From the human T2T-CHM13v2.0 reference genome, Homo sapiens, in NCBI GenBank assembly GCA_009914755.4, contig CP068257.2:20704001-20768000 (forward strand): 64,000 bases of DNA, read 5' to 3'. Below, one piece after another: positions 38,849-51,360 of this stretch. Position numbers and translations under genes: made by a program. The notes under the pieces were generated by a model. It did no database searches, was not told where the DNA came from, and saw only the letters and a program-made list of their open reading frames with translations. The stretch's first letter is position 1. Every line of letters begins with the position of its first letter.

Positions 38849-40984
38849 TTTATTATTTTTTAGAATAGATCATTGTAAAATTGGGAAGATATAGTCAAAT
38901 CAATATGTTTAGACTTTTCTGAGAACCATTCTAGCTACACTAATTGTAACCACAGATGTTGGTTATTGATGGAAGAGAAATCCAGCTGGCCCATGGAGTA
39001 GTAAGTCACATAGAGTCATGAAACATAACTGAAGGATGTTTACATCTAATAGGAAAAAAAATTAAGAGAAAAATAATTTGCCATACTTTGATCATTTTAA
39101 TAGAAATTATTACAAAGAATATTGAATTATAAAAGAAATATACCATAGGTATAAAATTAATTATATTTTAGTGCTAATAATGAGAATTTTCCTAGTTTAT
39201 TTCATTTCATATTAGTCTAATATTATTTTAATGTCATTTTAAAGGACTTTTCAGTTCTTTAAGTTTTTCCTTATTTTAATGAATTAATATTTTAAATTTT
39301 TATAGTGGACCAATGACATCTCAGGCTTGTAATATAATAACTTAGGGAAATATGGTTTTCTGTTATAATCTAAAAATAAACCATGGTCAGTAATCAATTT
39401 TCTTGATTCCATTAAATCATAAGTGTATTGAGGTCAAGAGTACAAGGTGGAAATTGTCAGCCTATTAATTCATTAAATATTTAGTTCAGCTTTTAGAAAC
39501 ATATTTAAATATCTATTACACACCTTCCTAGCATTACTTGTCTCACTTTTTTCTTTTTTATGGTTATTTTGAATTACAAATGTTTATGTGTCAAAACTAA
39601 ACATTTTTTAAAACTATGTAAATACATACATTTGTATTTATACTATATATTGCATTGTCTCCTCCTCTGAAAGACCAATGATATCAGACATTTCAAATAG
39701 AAAACCTAAACAGCATAATTAGGTAGAATAATCCCCTTTATGTGATTTCTTCTACAGAATCGCTCATGCATAATCAGGAAATGTTACTTTCTGAAGTAAA
39801 TGTTGGTTCCAGTGTACAGCTCCACTGCATTTTCATTGGCAACCTCTCTCTGCATGATTCTAAAAGATGGATCGCTTAAATATGACGTTATAGAGGGTTC
39901 ATTTTCTTCTACTTCCAACTACGATGATTACATGTAGAGTTATTCTATTCTCACTTTTAAAGAAAACTCAATAAATAAAAAAAATTAAAGCTTTTAGCTC
40001 TGGAGAGAAAGCAATCTATCCTCCAATGTGAAATAATAGGAAATAAGTCATTTTTATCATTTATGTAACATTCCTGTTAATATTAATATCCCGCCTTTAA
40101 TTGGTTCCTCTGGACATTCAATCAACTCAACATATTCAATTTTACTGAGAACACAACTGTGAATATACTCAAAAGTTTCAAAAAGTATAACTGTTAAAAG
40201 TGCAGACAGGAAATTATGGTCATTAAATCTCACACAGCTTCAGCTACTTTTGAAAGTATTTTGACATTCTGCAAATATATTAAAAAACCATTGACATAAA
40301 AATTGTATGTTAAGTTAAACTGTATTATTATTATTGTTTAGAAAAATATTCATCTTTGACAGGGAATAGTTTCAAAAGAAACCTGCTGATATGATTTAGG
40401 ATACTTGTAAGTATATGTGTGCAGTATCATTTACCTGGTTTTTTGGGAAAATATTTATCCAAAAATTTTATCTTGAATTCTTTAAAAATATCATGACCTT
40501 TTAAAATTCAGAACAAAATATTTTATTGTCACCTTTATTGTTTGACCAAATGTATTGCACATTCAGAATAGCATTTTCTGTGAAACATTCTCCATTAGAA
40601 TAAATACCAGAAATTCAATTAATAAGTACGTCAACACAGTTATACTAATATAATCAGATAGCATAATAAACCACCTTTACAACATTCTCTACAATATTCT
40701 ACAATATTCTCTAGCTCCATTATATAAGTTTTTTTAAAATATATGTTTTCGCCTCATATATTGACAACTTAGATTACCCTAGGTGATAGTTAATATTGTC
40801 AGCTTGATTGGATTGAAGGACGCAAAGTATTATTCCTGGTGTGTCTGTGATAATGTTGCCAAAGGAGATTAACATTTGAGTCAGTGCACTGGGAGAGGCA
40901 GACCCAGCCTCAGTCTAGGTGGGCGCCATCTAGTCAGCTGCCAGCAAGGCTAGGGTAAAAGCAGACAGACGAACGTGGAAAAAC

Positions 40985-41290
40985 TAGACTGGCTGAGTAT
41001 TCCGGCCTTCATCTTTCTCCCATGCTGGGTGCTTCCTGCTCTCAAACATTGGACTCCAAGTTCTTCACCTTTGGAATCTTGGACTTACACCAGTGGTTTA
41101 CCAAGGGCTCTCAGGCCTTTGGCCACAGACTGAAGGCTGCACTGTTAACATCCCTACTCTTGAGGTTTGGGGACTCAGACTGGCTTCCTTGCTCCTCAGC
41201 TTGCAGATGGCCTATGGTGGGACTTCACCTTGTGATCGTGAGAGTCAACACTCCTTAATAAATTCCCTTTCATATATAAATCTATCCTAT
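40985..41290 (+). mobile_element. MaLR LTR (MLT1/MST-type), probably the 5' LTR of a partial element
   Basis: '...ggacttacaccagtggtttaccaagggctctcaggcctttggccacagactgaaggctgcactgttaacatccctactcttgaggtttggggactcagactggcttccttgctcctcagcttgcagatggcctatggtgggacttcaccttgtgatcgtgagagtcaacactccttaataaattccctttcatatataaatctatcctattaatcctgtccctctagagaaccctaatacag'. This parallels the MaLR LTR phrases '...ggctttcctgggtctccagcttgcagacggcagatcgtgggacttc..gcctccataatcgtgtgagccaattccttataataaatc...ctggagaaccctgactaatacac'. ORFs 41022-41258 and 41093-41293 are inside it. Confidence 0.55.
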
Positions 41291-41720
41291 TAATCCTGTC
41301 CCTCTAGAGAACCCTAATACAGATGTTGGTAGCGGTAGAGTGGGGTACTGCTATAAGGATACCCCAAAATGTGGAAGCGACTTTGGAACTAGGTAACAGA
41401 CAGAGGTTGGAACAGTTTGGAGGGCTCAGAAGAATACAGAAAAATATGGGAAAGTTTGGAACTTCCTAGAGACTTATTGAATGGTTTTGACCAAAATGCT
41501 AATAGTGATATTGACAAGAAAGTTCAGGCTAAGGTGGTCTCAGAAGGAGATGAGAAACTTCTTGGGAACTAGAGCAAAGATCATTCTTGTTATTCTTTAG
41601 AAAAAGAGACTGGCAGCATTTTGCCCCAGCTCTGGAGATCTGTGGAACTTTGGACTGGAGAGAGATGGTTTGGAATTGACACTTATGTTTTCTGATGCTA
41701 CAATAAAATAATGTTTTGTC
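41290..41720 (+). mobile_element. MaLR internal sequence, 5' portion (THE1/MST-int-like)
   Basis: 'atgttggtagcggtagagtggggtactgctataaggataccccaaaatgtggaagcgactttggaactaggtaacagacagaggttggaacagtttggagggctcagaagaatacagaaaaatatgggaaagtttggaacttcctagagacttattgaatggttttgaccaaaatgctaatagtgatattgacaagaaagttcaggctaaggtggtctcagaaggagatgagaaacttcttgggaactagagcaaag...agactggcagcattttgccccagctctggagatctgtggaactttggactggagagagatggtttggaattgacacttatgtttt' is collinear with the start of THE1-int. Confidence 0.55.
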
Positions 41721-42329
41721 TACTTATATTCTAGCCTACTAATACAACATGAGTATTGCATGGTCAGAAAATAGCCAGATGTGGTGGCATGTGCAGGTAA
41801 TCCCATCATGTCAGCCTCTGGATTATCTGGAATTATATAGGCACATACCCACACAACTGGCTATTTTAAAACTTCTAATTTATTTATTTATTTATTTTGT
41901 AGAGACACGGTCTCACTATGTTGCCCAAGCTGACCTTGTTCATATTTCTTCTTCCAGAATATTTCATATCCTGTAGTAAGCAGTCCTCCCAGTTTTTGTT
42001 TAAATGAAATGAAGTTATGTATTTCCTACATTTAAAAAGAAAAGTATCTTCATTGAGAACAGAATTCTTACAGAATGGGAGAAAGCATTTGCAAAATATA
42101 TATATTATATGAGACCTGTACCTAGAATACATTTTAAAATTTTTGCACCTCAATGAGAAGTCATAAAACCTCATCAAATCAAGGAAATCTAAATATAAAC
42201 CCTAGCCAGCAATTGAATGGGAACTTTATCATATGAAATACATAGAGGTCAAGTAATCATGTAAAAAAACTCCAATTTTTGGAATTAAAAAGAAAACTCA
42301 AAGTCTAAAAAATAGCAAAGCTAAAAAAA

Positions 42330-43540
42330 TAGCAATGTGTCATCATTACACACCCCATAGAATGGTAAAAGTGTAAAACGATGCTCTTTACTAACTGCCG
42401 GTGAGGACATGGAACCATTATAACATTCATACATTTTGTGTATGATTGCATAAACACTTTGGATAGCAATTTTACAGTTACATAGAAATTTAAGCATCCA
42501 CTTACCAAATCACCTGGCCATTACATTCCTATATATTTACTCAAGAGAAAGAAATACATATGTTCATTCAAAGCTTTGGTTCATTGCTGTGTTATATGTA
42601 AAAGCTAAAACCTGGAAGCATCCAAAAATTTTTTTACCAGTGCAATGTAATACTACTCAGCAAAGAAACAGAATGGACGAATAAAAACGACGACGATAAA
42701 TCTCAAAATAATTATGTTTGTTTTTATTTTAAAAAATTACAAGGAAAGCATATCCAGTACAATTTCATTATATAAAATTCTAGAAAATACAATCTAATTT
42801 ATAATGACAGAAAGCAGACCAGTGCTTGCCTTCTCATTGCAATGTATGTGTTTACTACCAACGTGTCAAAACTCATCAATCTGTTTTTTAAAAAATGTGC
42901 ATATTATTGCAAAAATAAAATAAATTACAAATGCAAGGCAATAAAATATCTCAGTAGTCTTTGTTAAAAGCAAGACGCTTTAAAAAATGTAAGTAGAAAC
43001 AAGTAGGATTGCCAAATAATTTTGATTAAAAAAAGTCAAAAAGCCCATATGATTTTTTGTACTTATTAACTAATTATTAAGATTGTGTCATAATGGCTAA
43101 AGCATAGACATATGGGTAACAGAAATGTAACATATACCAGAAAGTAACATACTCATAATTAATGAATTGATTGTCAACAAAGGTCAAGACAATTCAATAA
43201 AAAAGAATTGATTTATTTAAAAAAAGTTATAAAATAATCTTATAGCCATAAGTAAAAAAATCATCTCAACGTACACCTTACAATTGAATACAATATTAAC
43301 TGGAATGTATCATAGATACAGCTATACATACAATGAAAACTATAAAACATCTGGATGAAAACATGGGAGAAAATATTTTTCAACTTCAATTTGGCAACTT
43401 TTTAAAATATAGGACATAAAATTCACAAAACAGAAAAGAAAATCAATAATTTGTACTTCACAAAAGTAAAAAACTTAAGAACATTGCTAAAAATAAAAGA
43501 CAAACAACAGAAAAAATGTTTCGATAACATATACCGGAAA
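42330..43540 (+). mobile_element. Old L1 (L1M-type) 3' region fragments
   Basis: 'catcattacacaccccatagaatggtaaaagtgtaaaacgatgctctttactaactgccggtgaggacatggaaccattataacattcatacattttgtgtatgattgcataaacactttggatagcaattttacagttacatagaaatttaagcatccacttaccaaatcacctggccattacattcctatatatttactcaagagaaagaaatacatatgttcattcaaagctttggttcattgctgtgttatatgtaaaagctaaaacctggaagcatccaaaaatttttttaccagtgcaatgtaatactactcagcaaagaaacagaatggac' is collinear with the L1M 3' end ('...cactcatacattgctggtgggaatgtaaaatggtacagccactttggaaaacagtttggcagttcctcaaaaagttaaacatagaattaccatatgacccagcaattccactcctaggtatatacccaagagaaatgaaaacatatgtccacacaaaaacttgtacacgaatgttcatagcagcattattcacaatagccaaaaagtggaaacaacccaaatgtccatcaactgatgaatggataaacaaaatgtggtat...'). 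Confidence 0.55.
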
Positions 43541-43544
43541 ATTA

Positions 43545-43728
43545 TTTTATATATATATATAATAATTTTATATTATATATTATATTATACATATATAATT
43601 ATATATATTTTGTATATATAATTATATATTATATTATATATATAATTATATATATATAATATATATATATAATTATATATATATAATATATATATATAAT
43701 TATATATATATATTATATACATATAATC
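43545..43728. repeat. AT-rich (TA)n-derived minisatellite-like tract
   Basis: 'atatatatataataattttatattatatattatattatacatatataattatatatattttgtatatataattatatattatattatatatataattatatatatataatatatatatataattatatatatataatatatatatataattatatatatatattatatacatataatc' has an internal reiterated unit of roughly 'tatatataattatatatatataata'. Confidence 0.8.
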
Positions 43729-43729
43729 A

Positions 43730-44318
<589 letters not shown>

Positions 44319-44699
44319 TTGTCTCTATTTTCAGTAACATCATAGTCTAAGTAGAAAATTACTAGGAATCAGTTAAAATGGGCATAGTATTTGCATGATA
44401 CATCACTAGTATATAAAAATCAGTTGCTTTCCCATACATCAGAAATCAACTATTGGAATTTGAAATTAAAGGGAAAAATCAGTGTCATTTTCAAAATCAC
44501 ACACCAAAATGAAGTGATTATGTACACATATAACACAAATGTATAGAACCTACATGCAGAAAAGTGTAAAACACTAAAGAAAAAAAAGAATATGTAAATA
44601 AATGGAAAGATATTCTGTATTTGTAGATTGAGCGACTTACCTATTGACAAGATGTCAGTTCTTCCCAATCTAATCTGTATTGACTGCAATATCAGTCAA

Positions 44700-47650
44700 A
44701 ATACCAGTAAGCAATTTTGTGAGTATTGAAAAATTGATTCTTAATGTATATAAGAAGGCAAAGACCTGTAATATCTAACACAATGCTAAGGAAGAAAACC
44801 AAACCTGGAGGACTCACCATATCAAATTTCAATAGCATCATATTGACCAAAGAATAGGCACATAGAGTAATGGACTACATCAAGGAGAATACAAATAGAC
44901 TCTCATATAGTCAACAGATCTTTGACAAAAGAGTAAAGGCAATTTAGTGAAAAAGAATGATCTTTTAAACAAATTGAAACAATTGAACATTTAAATGCTA
45001 AAAATGAACTTAGATATAAACATTACACCTTTTACAAAAATTAACTCAAAATGACTCATAGGCCTAAATGTAAATGTAAATGTAAAATATAAAATTATAG
45101 AATTTCATGAGTAAACATAAAATATATATGACCTTTAGTTTGAAAATGAGCTTTAATTACAACACCAATGGCATGATCTGTCAAATAACAATTATTGTTT
45201 GACTTTTTTAAATGTAAAAATTCTGCACTGCAAAAGACTTTTATGAGAATAAAGAAAATGAATGAACAGACTGACAGAAAATATTTACAAGTGCAGATTT
45301 GAAAACATACTTGTATATAAAGTATTTTTAAAATTGAACTCAACAATAAGAAAAAATAATATTTAAAATGGGCAAAAGTCTGAACAAACACACCAAAATA
45401 TATGGATTTAAAATAATTAAATGAGAAGATGCTCAGGACCATTTGTTAACAGAAAAATGTAAATTAAAGCTACAATGAAGTACCACCATATATCTATTAG
45501 AATCAGAATCACTAAAACCCAAAGGCTAACGATACCAAATGCTGACAATAATACATGAAACAGGAACTCTGATTCATCTGGAGGAAATGCAAAATGATAC
45601 ACTTATACTGGAACACAGCATTTTCTTACAACTCAACAATTAGGCTCCTTGACATTTACCCAACTGAGTTGATTGAATACTTAGGTTGACAGAAAACCTA
45701 GACACAGGATTTTTGGCAACTTATTTGTATTTGCCAAAAATGGGAAGCAACCAAGGTATCCATTGATATGTGAATGGATAACAAATCATAGTACATCCAT
45801 ATAATGGAATTTGATTTAGTGATAAAGAGAGATATGCTTCAAATCATAAAAGACATTACAAAACATAACTCCATATTGCTAAGTGAGAGATGCCAGTCTA
45901 AAAAAGCTGCACAGTGCCAAATTCAATTACACGAATTTCAGGAAAAGACAAAACTATCGAGTCAGTAAACACATCAGTGGTTCTGTCACAATCAGGAGGA
46001 AGATGAATAGTTGAAGCATAGGAGATTTCCTAGAGCAGAAAAACTATTCAATATGACATTGTAATGATGAATTCATGACCACAAGCATTTGTCAAAACCT
46101 ATAGAACTTTGCAGTTTAACTTTAATGAATACACATTTTTAAAAATTTATTTAAATGCTGGGAATTTTAAGATGGAATGAAGAATGTGACAATAATCTAA
46201 ATGTATTACAAATGAATGAAATAACCTCACTAAAGGGGTGGAACAATAAAGTGATGACTTAAGCAACTTTGGAAATGCATGAACTCTGTAATACTAAAGG
46301 GACCCAGAAGAGTTGAATAGTGCTGTTTTCCATTGAAGTATTGGTTAACTATTCTGAAACCACAAATACATATATACTAAAACTGAAAAATTATGTAAAT
46401 AGATGGTGAATGATAGAGACAAATTTCATCATTGTTGAAATGGGAAGTCACAGAAAACATGTTATAGAGGCTAAAATGAATTATATGTTAATGGGTTAGA
46501 GTTGAAGACATCAGCATAAACTCTTTTTAGCTTAATATTGATACAGATCGTTCCACATAAAAACATTTATAGATATGTATATACAGCACTCCCATAGAAA
46601 TGAGCACAACCAGCATACAGATCTTCACTTCTAATACCATTGACTAATAAAACGAATGAGGAATCATTGGAACAATTGCTGAATCTAGGGCTGGGGTAGA
46701 AAATATACAAGACAAGATATCAAGTTTTTGTAGTGTCAGAAAGTGACAAAAAATTAAAAAAAAAAAAAAAAACCCTCACAGTGATGGAGTATGTCAAAGG
46801 GCCCCAGGAATTAAAAAAAAAAAACTCCCATTGACAAAATATGGAACAATTATAACAGGAAATATGTAAAATTGTACTTAGTTATAACCCAAATTATAGA
46901 ATAATTTTCCATGAGTCCATACTAAAATAAGTAAATGATGGAATAAATAAATAAATGGAAGAGAATAGACCAATCATTTGAGTAGACGAATTCCAAATAA
47001 TAAATGTAGATACTCTGCTCTTATCGAAGTGGAACATGATTCTTCACTTTTTAAGTGTGGGCAGTATATAATGCCTTCTATGTAGGGAAGGAGGAACAGA
47101 GTAACTTAACATTGGAGAAACCTGCCAAACACTATCTCTACCAGGAGATTGAGGTCAACATGAAAAGTGATACATAATATTTATGGTGCATATGCTTGAT
47201 ATGATGTGATAAGAATGGCACTTTACACCTCCCAAAAAAGACATTACTTCAGTCTAATCATGAGAAAAAAAATTAACTAAGTGCCAATTGAAGGCTGTTC
47301 TGCAAAATACCTGACCAGTACTCCTTGCAACTTTAAATATCATACAAAACAAGGAAAGTCTCAGAAACTGTCACAGCTGAGAGGAAGCTAAGAAGACCTA
47401 ATAGCTAAATGTAGTATCATATTCTGGATGGAATCCTGAAACAACAAAAACAAACGGACATTATGAAAAAACAGGAAAACCCCAGTAAAATATATTCTGT
47501 AATCAAAATATATGAATCTCGGTTCATTTTTACAAATATACTACTGTAATATAATAAATTAATAGGGGTAACTAAGGGTAGATTATACAGAAACTTCCTG
47601 TACTGTCTTCTCAATAATTCTGTAGATCCAAAATTGTTCTAAAATAAAAT
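44700..47650 (+). mobile_element. Old L1 (L1M-type) 3' ORF2-end/3'UTR sequences, at least two collinear segments
   Basis: '...ttgccaaaaatgggaagcaaccaaggtatccattgatatgtgaatggataacaaatcatagtacatccatataatggaatttgatttagtgataaagagagatatgcttcaaatcataaaagacattacaaaacataactccatattgctaagtgagagatgccagtct' matches the L1M 3' motif '...ggaaacaacccaaatgtccatcaacagatgaatggataaacaaaatgtggtatatacatacaatggaatactattcagccataaaaaaggaatgaaattctgacacatgctacaacatggatgaaccttgaagacattatgctaagtgaaataagccagtcac...'. A second 3'-terminal block ends '...ataataaattaataggggtaactaagggtagattatacagaaacttcctgtactgtcttctcaataattctgtagatccaaaattgttctaaaataaaatgt'. ORFs 45095-45442 and 45417-45602 are inside it. Confidence 0.55.
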
Positions 47651-48459
47651 GTAGTTTTAAGAAATAATTTCACTATTTTTATTAGGAGTAAAATGATATG
47701 AATTAGTAAGCAAATAGATTAGATTATTGTTGTCAGTAACTTTCCTCATTTGATCATTTAATACCAAGCAAATATTGTTTCTTCCCAGCTTCCTTTAACC
47801 TTGGATTGTGGATTTATTTTCTTTGTTTCTATTGCTTATTAAACAGTCTTGACCTCTCTTCACTGAATCTAATATATCCACCAAATGCTGTTATTCAGTT
47901 CTTAATCTTAGCCATCAATTTCTGTAAGAGTAAGAGAATACACTAAGTGAAAATAGATTTAATAGGGATAGACAATGATTCACAGTGTTCCAGAGAGGCC
48001 ATTAAGATAACAAATAATGCATGTCTCTTTGAATATATAAAAATGAAATTACTAAAAAAAAAATCTACATTAGTTTTGGCTTTGAATATAATTTAAACCA
48101 CACTGTTTGTTTTACTTTCTCTATAGGCTTTATATTTATAACACAACAATTTATTTTAATCAATTTTGTTGCACATTTATTCCAAACAATAAATACAACA
48201 ATTGGTAATTTCATATGATTATTAATGAAAACATCATTAACCTTTAATACAGAAGGGTAAGGCATTTTTTAGTATGCATATAAAAATTTTTGAAAAATAA
48301 TTCTATAGCTAAATAAATCAATAAGAAGATTGGGAGAGTGGATATAATAAAAGTTGATAAGAGATACAAGTCATTTATGGTGTTTATTGTATTATATGTC
48401 AATATTGAAAGAAACTCAAACTTCTTTTTAAGTTTACTTCTTTTTTTCTTTTTTTTTTA

Positions 48460-48700
48460 ATTGAACAATGAGAGCACATGGACACAGGAAGGGGAATATC
48501 ACACACTGGGGCCTGTTGTGGGGTGGGGGGAAGGGGGAGGGATAGCATTAGGAGATATACCTAATGCTAAATGACGAGTTAATGGGTGCAGCACACCGAC
48601 ATGGCACATGTATACATGTGTAACAAACCTGCACATTGTGCACATGTACCCTAAAACTTAAAGTATAATAATAATAAAATTTAAAAAAAAAGAAAAAAAA
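48460..48700 (+). mobile_element. Short (~240 bp) L1PA 3'-end insertion (roughly L1PA2-4-like) with 16-bp TSD 'taagtttacttctttt' (48429-48444 and 48702-48717)
   Basis: 'ttgaacaatgagagcacatggacacaggaaggggaatatcacacactggggcctgttgtggggtggggggaagggggagggatagcattaggagatatacctaatgctaaatgacgagttaatgggtgcagcacaccgacatggcacatgtatacatgtgtaacaaacctgcacattgtgcacatgtaccctaaaacttaaagtataataataataaaatttaaaaaaaaagaaaaaaaa'. An identical 16-mer flanks both sides. Confidence 0.85.
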
Positions 48701-48986
48701 TTAAGTTTACTTCTTTTGGAGCCTACTACAGGTATGGTCATGAATGTATATATAATTTCACTAATCCCTTGAAAGAAACTACAAAATTTAAAATAGAACT
48801 AAAATGATCAACTGTAAATAGATGAAAGCAAGTAGAAACAAACAGGACAAAGGTGGCAGCATAGGAACGTTTGTAAACAGTATAGTCTTAATCAGGAGGA
48901 CACGGATTAGGTATTAGTGGACTATGTGGTAATGAACACTCCCACGTGCCCACATACACACGCGTACACACACTTGCAGAATTGAG

Positions 48987-49336
48987 GCAGGAAAATAGGG
49001 TCTGGAGGCAGGGAACATAAGGCTGATTTACACTTCAGCTATGACAGGAAATATCCTCTCCATAGGGCAGACACCGAGTAAATGACTGTAACTTTACTTT
49101 GTCCTCTCCATTTACAGCGGGCATACTCGAAGCAACCAATGAAATCCTTTAGGGGGTATTTTAAACTCCTAAAAATTCCTTAATAGGGCCTTTGAGCTCC
49201 TATGCTTGGGCCCTCTCCCACACTGTGGAGTGTACTTTCACTTTCAATAAATTCCTTTGTCCCTTCCTTGCTTTGTGCGTTTTGTCCAATTCTTTGTTCA
49301 AGACACCAAGAACCTCGACACGAACCACCTTTAACA
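48987..49336 (+). mobile_element. LTR-like repeat, copy A1 (has a TATA-like 'gggggtattttaaactcc' and a downstream 'aataaa'; ends '...ctttaaca'); ~88% identical to copy A2 at 55931-56287
   Basis: 'gcaggaaaatagggtctggaggcagggaacataaggctgatttacacttcagctatgacaggaaatatcctctccatagggcag...cactgtggagtgtactttcactttcaataaattcctttgtcccttccttgctttgtgcgttttgtccaattctttgttcaagacaccaagaacctcgacacgaaccacctttaaca' is collinear with A2. It is followed by the primer-binding-site-like 'tagtttggtgaaccagcctggagg'. Confidence 0.5.
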
Positions 49337-50364
49337 TAGTTTGGTGAACCAGCCTGGAGGCAGAGGTAAGCCCAAAGTTTGGGATTTATTCTTCTCCTTT
49401 CTTCTTTTTCTTTCTGCTCCATACAAGGGAATCTTTCTCCCTTTTCCTTTCCAACCCAGGACCCTTGGTAGTCAGATCCTAAACATGGAAGCAAATGCAG
49501 GTTTCTGGCTGTGGCCAGTAAACCTAAGGGGGTTCCATGTGGAGAAGCCTGACCACCACCGCCCAGTTCGCTTAAGAAACCTGGGTTTTTTTTCCACGTC
49601 TTTTTTCTTTTTCTTTTTTTTCCTCTTTCTTTTTCAGTCTTTCAGCAGCAGCTTCCTAGTAGCTCCTTGGAAATTGAGGGCAATTGCCTGGGGTCACTCC
49701 TCAGTACTGCTTGAAGGCCTAGGAAATGAATGGGAATAATTGCCCTGCCCCAAAGGGGAAAGGACTTGTATTTTTTAATCTTTTCTGTACATGGTCCCTG
49801 ATCCCTACATGGGATGCAGCTCCGAGCAAACTTGCACATGTTTCAGGGGACTTAAACCTTCTTTTCTTATGCTAAATTCTTCCCTTATTGTATTCAACTG
49901 GCTAAGGAACAAAAAGGCCCACCCAGCATCCAGTTCTCATTACAGTTCATGGCCACTCTTATAAAGCTCATTGTATCCTCCAGAGGGGAGAACCTGCATG
50001 TGGTGCCCACCTGAGGTCAGAGACGTTTGGCACTCTAAGACTGGACCCCACAGGAGGATGCTCTGTGGATCCTGGGGACCCTAACCACTCCACTCCTAAC
50101 ACTCTTGGCAGAGGATCTGAGGTCTAGTATTAACCCCCCTTAGAATTTTCTCTCACAGTTGCAGTGCTGCTTGGCCCCAACAGTGTTTGGAATCTGGAGT
50201 TTACTTTCTAATGGGAAAGTGGAATGGTGTTGCATGTGTCCAGGCTTTTGTGCTGTGTTTCTAACCAGGGCGCTTGGTTAATGTGTGACATCCTCCTTTG
50301 GTAGGGTTTGGTCCCAGTGCTCTTTGAAGTCTGGGGAGATTTGACCTTTAAAAATCAAACTGTC

Positions 50365-50685
<321 letters not shown>

Positions 50686-51124
50686 TCAAACTGTCATGAA
50701 GACTGCTTTACCCAAAATCTTGGTTCACAGCCTTCATTAGATTATCTGTTGGGGCAAAGTAATACGGGCAAGCTTGTATTGCTATCTCATGACTAAGGTG
50801 CCAAGCTATTGTATTTTCATTTATGTGTGTGTGTATACACATCTATATGTGTTTATTTGTATGTACGCTTATTGTTATATGTCATGTCTACCAAAATTGG
50901 CTTATAAGTAAAAGAGCACTCATAAATTAAGTAAATAAGTCTAAGCAATTTACAAGTTTAGATGACTTAAAGTATCACTTTACTAAACAATCTAGCTTTA
51001 CAATTATTGGTGGAATAAAAATAGAAATGCCTTCAGAATTGTCAGCATACATTTTGTCTGAATTTTATGTTTGTCTTTGCTAGATATTTTTAAATATCAG
51101 TGTTAATTCAAGGGAGGAGCTGCT

Positions 51125-51360
51125 TGGGGTAAGCCTGCCTCCCATTCTGTTCAAAATGACTGAGATAAATTCATATCTGATTGCTTCCTTTGGAAAAGCT
51201 AATCAGAAACTAGAAAGAATGCAACCATTTTTCTCCCACCTGTGATCTGAAAGCCCACAAGCCCCCTCCTCACCTAGAGCTGTCCCACCTTTCCAGACCA
51301 AACCAATGTTCATTTTACCTATGTTGATGGATGTCTCATGTCTTCCTTGTAAAAAGTAAA
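51125..51360 (+). mobile_element. LTR-like repeat, copy B1; diverged homolog of copy B2 at 58195-58605
   Basis: 'ctgcctcccattctgttcaaaatgactgagataaattcatatctgattgcttcctttggaaaagctaatcagaaactagaaagaatgcaaccatttttctcccacctgtgatctgaaagcc...gctgtcccacctttccagaccaaaccaatgttcattttacctatgttgatggatgtctcatgtcttcc'. B2 reads 'cctgcctcctattctattcaaagctc...gagatagatgcatatatgattgcctcctttggaaaggctaatcagaaactcaaaacaatgcaaccctttgtgtcttacctatctgtgacctggaagctcc...gttgtcccacctttccagaccaaaccaatgtactttttacatatactgattgatgtctcatgtctcc'. Confidence 0.4.

Noticed and set aside
41763-41940. Alu-like fragments in inverted orientation ('tagccagatgtggtggcatgtgcaggtaatccca' and 'tttattttgtagagacacggtctcactatgttgcccaagctgacc')
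   Set aside because: They are too short and diverged to call confidently. They may be pieces of an old FLAM/FRAM-type element or chance similarity to Alu-like regions of other repeats.
49341-49739. 132-aa ORF just downstream of LTR-like copy A1, considered as a possible gag start
   Set aside because: The peptide (MVNQPGGRGKPKVWDLFFSFLLFLSAPYKG...) has no Gag-like motifs that I recognise. The downstream sequence is T/C-rich low complexity ('ttttttcttttttttcctctttctttttc'). I keep the provirus idea only at the level of LTR structure.
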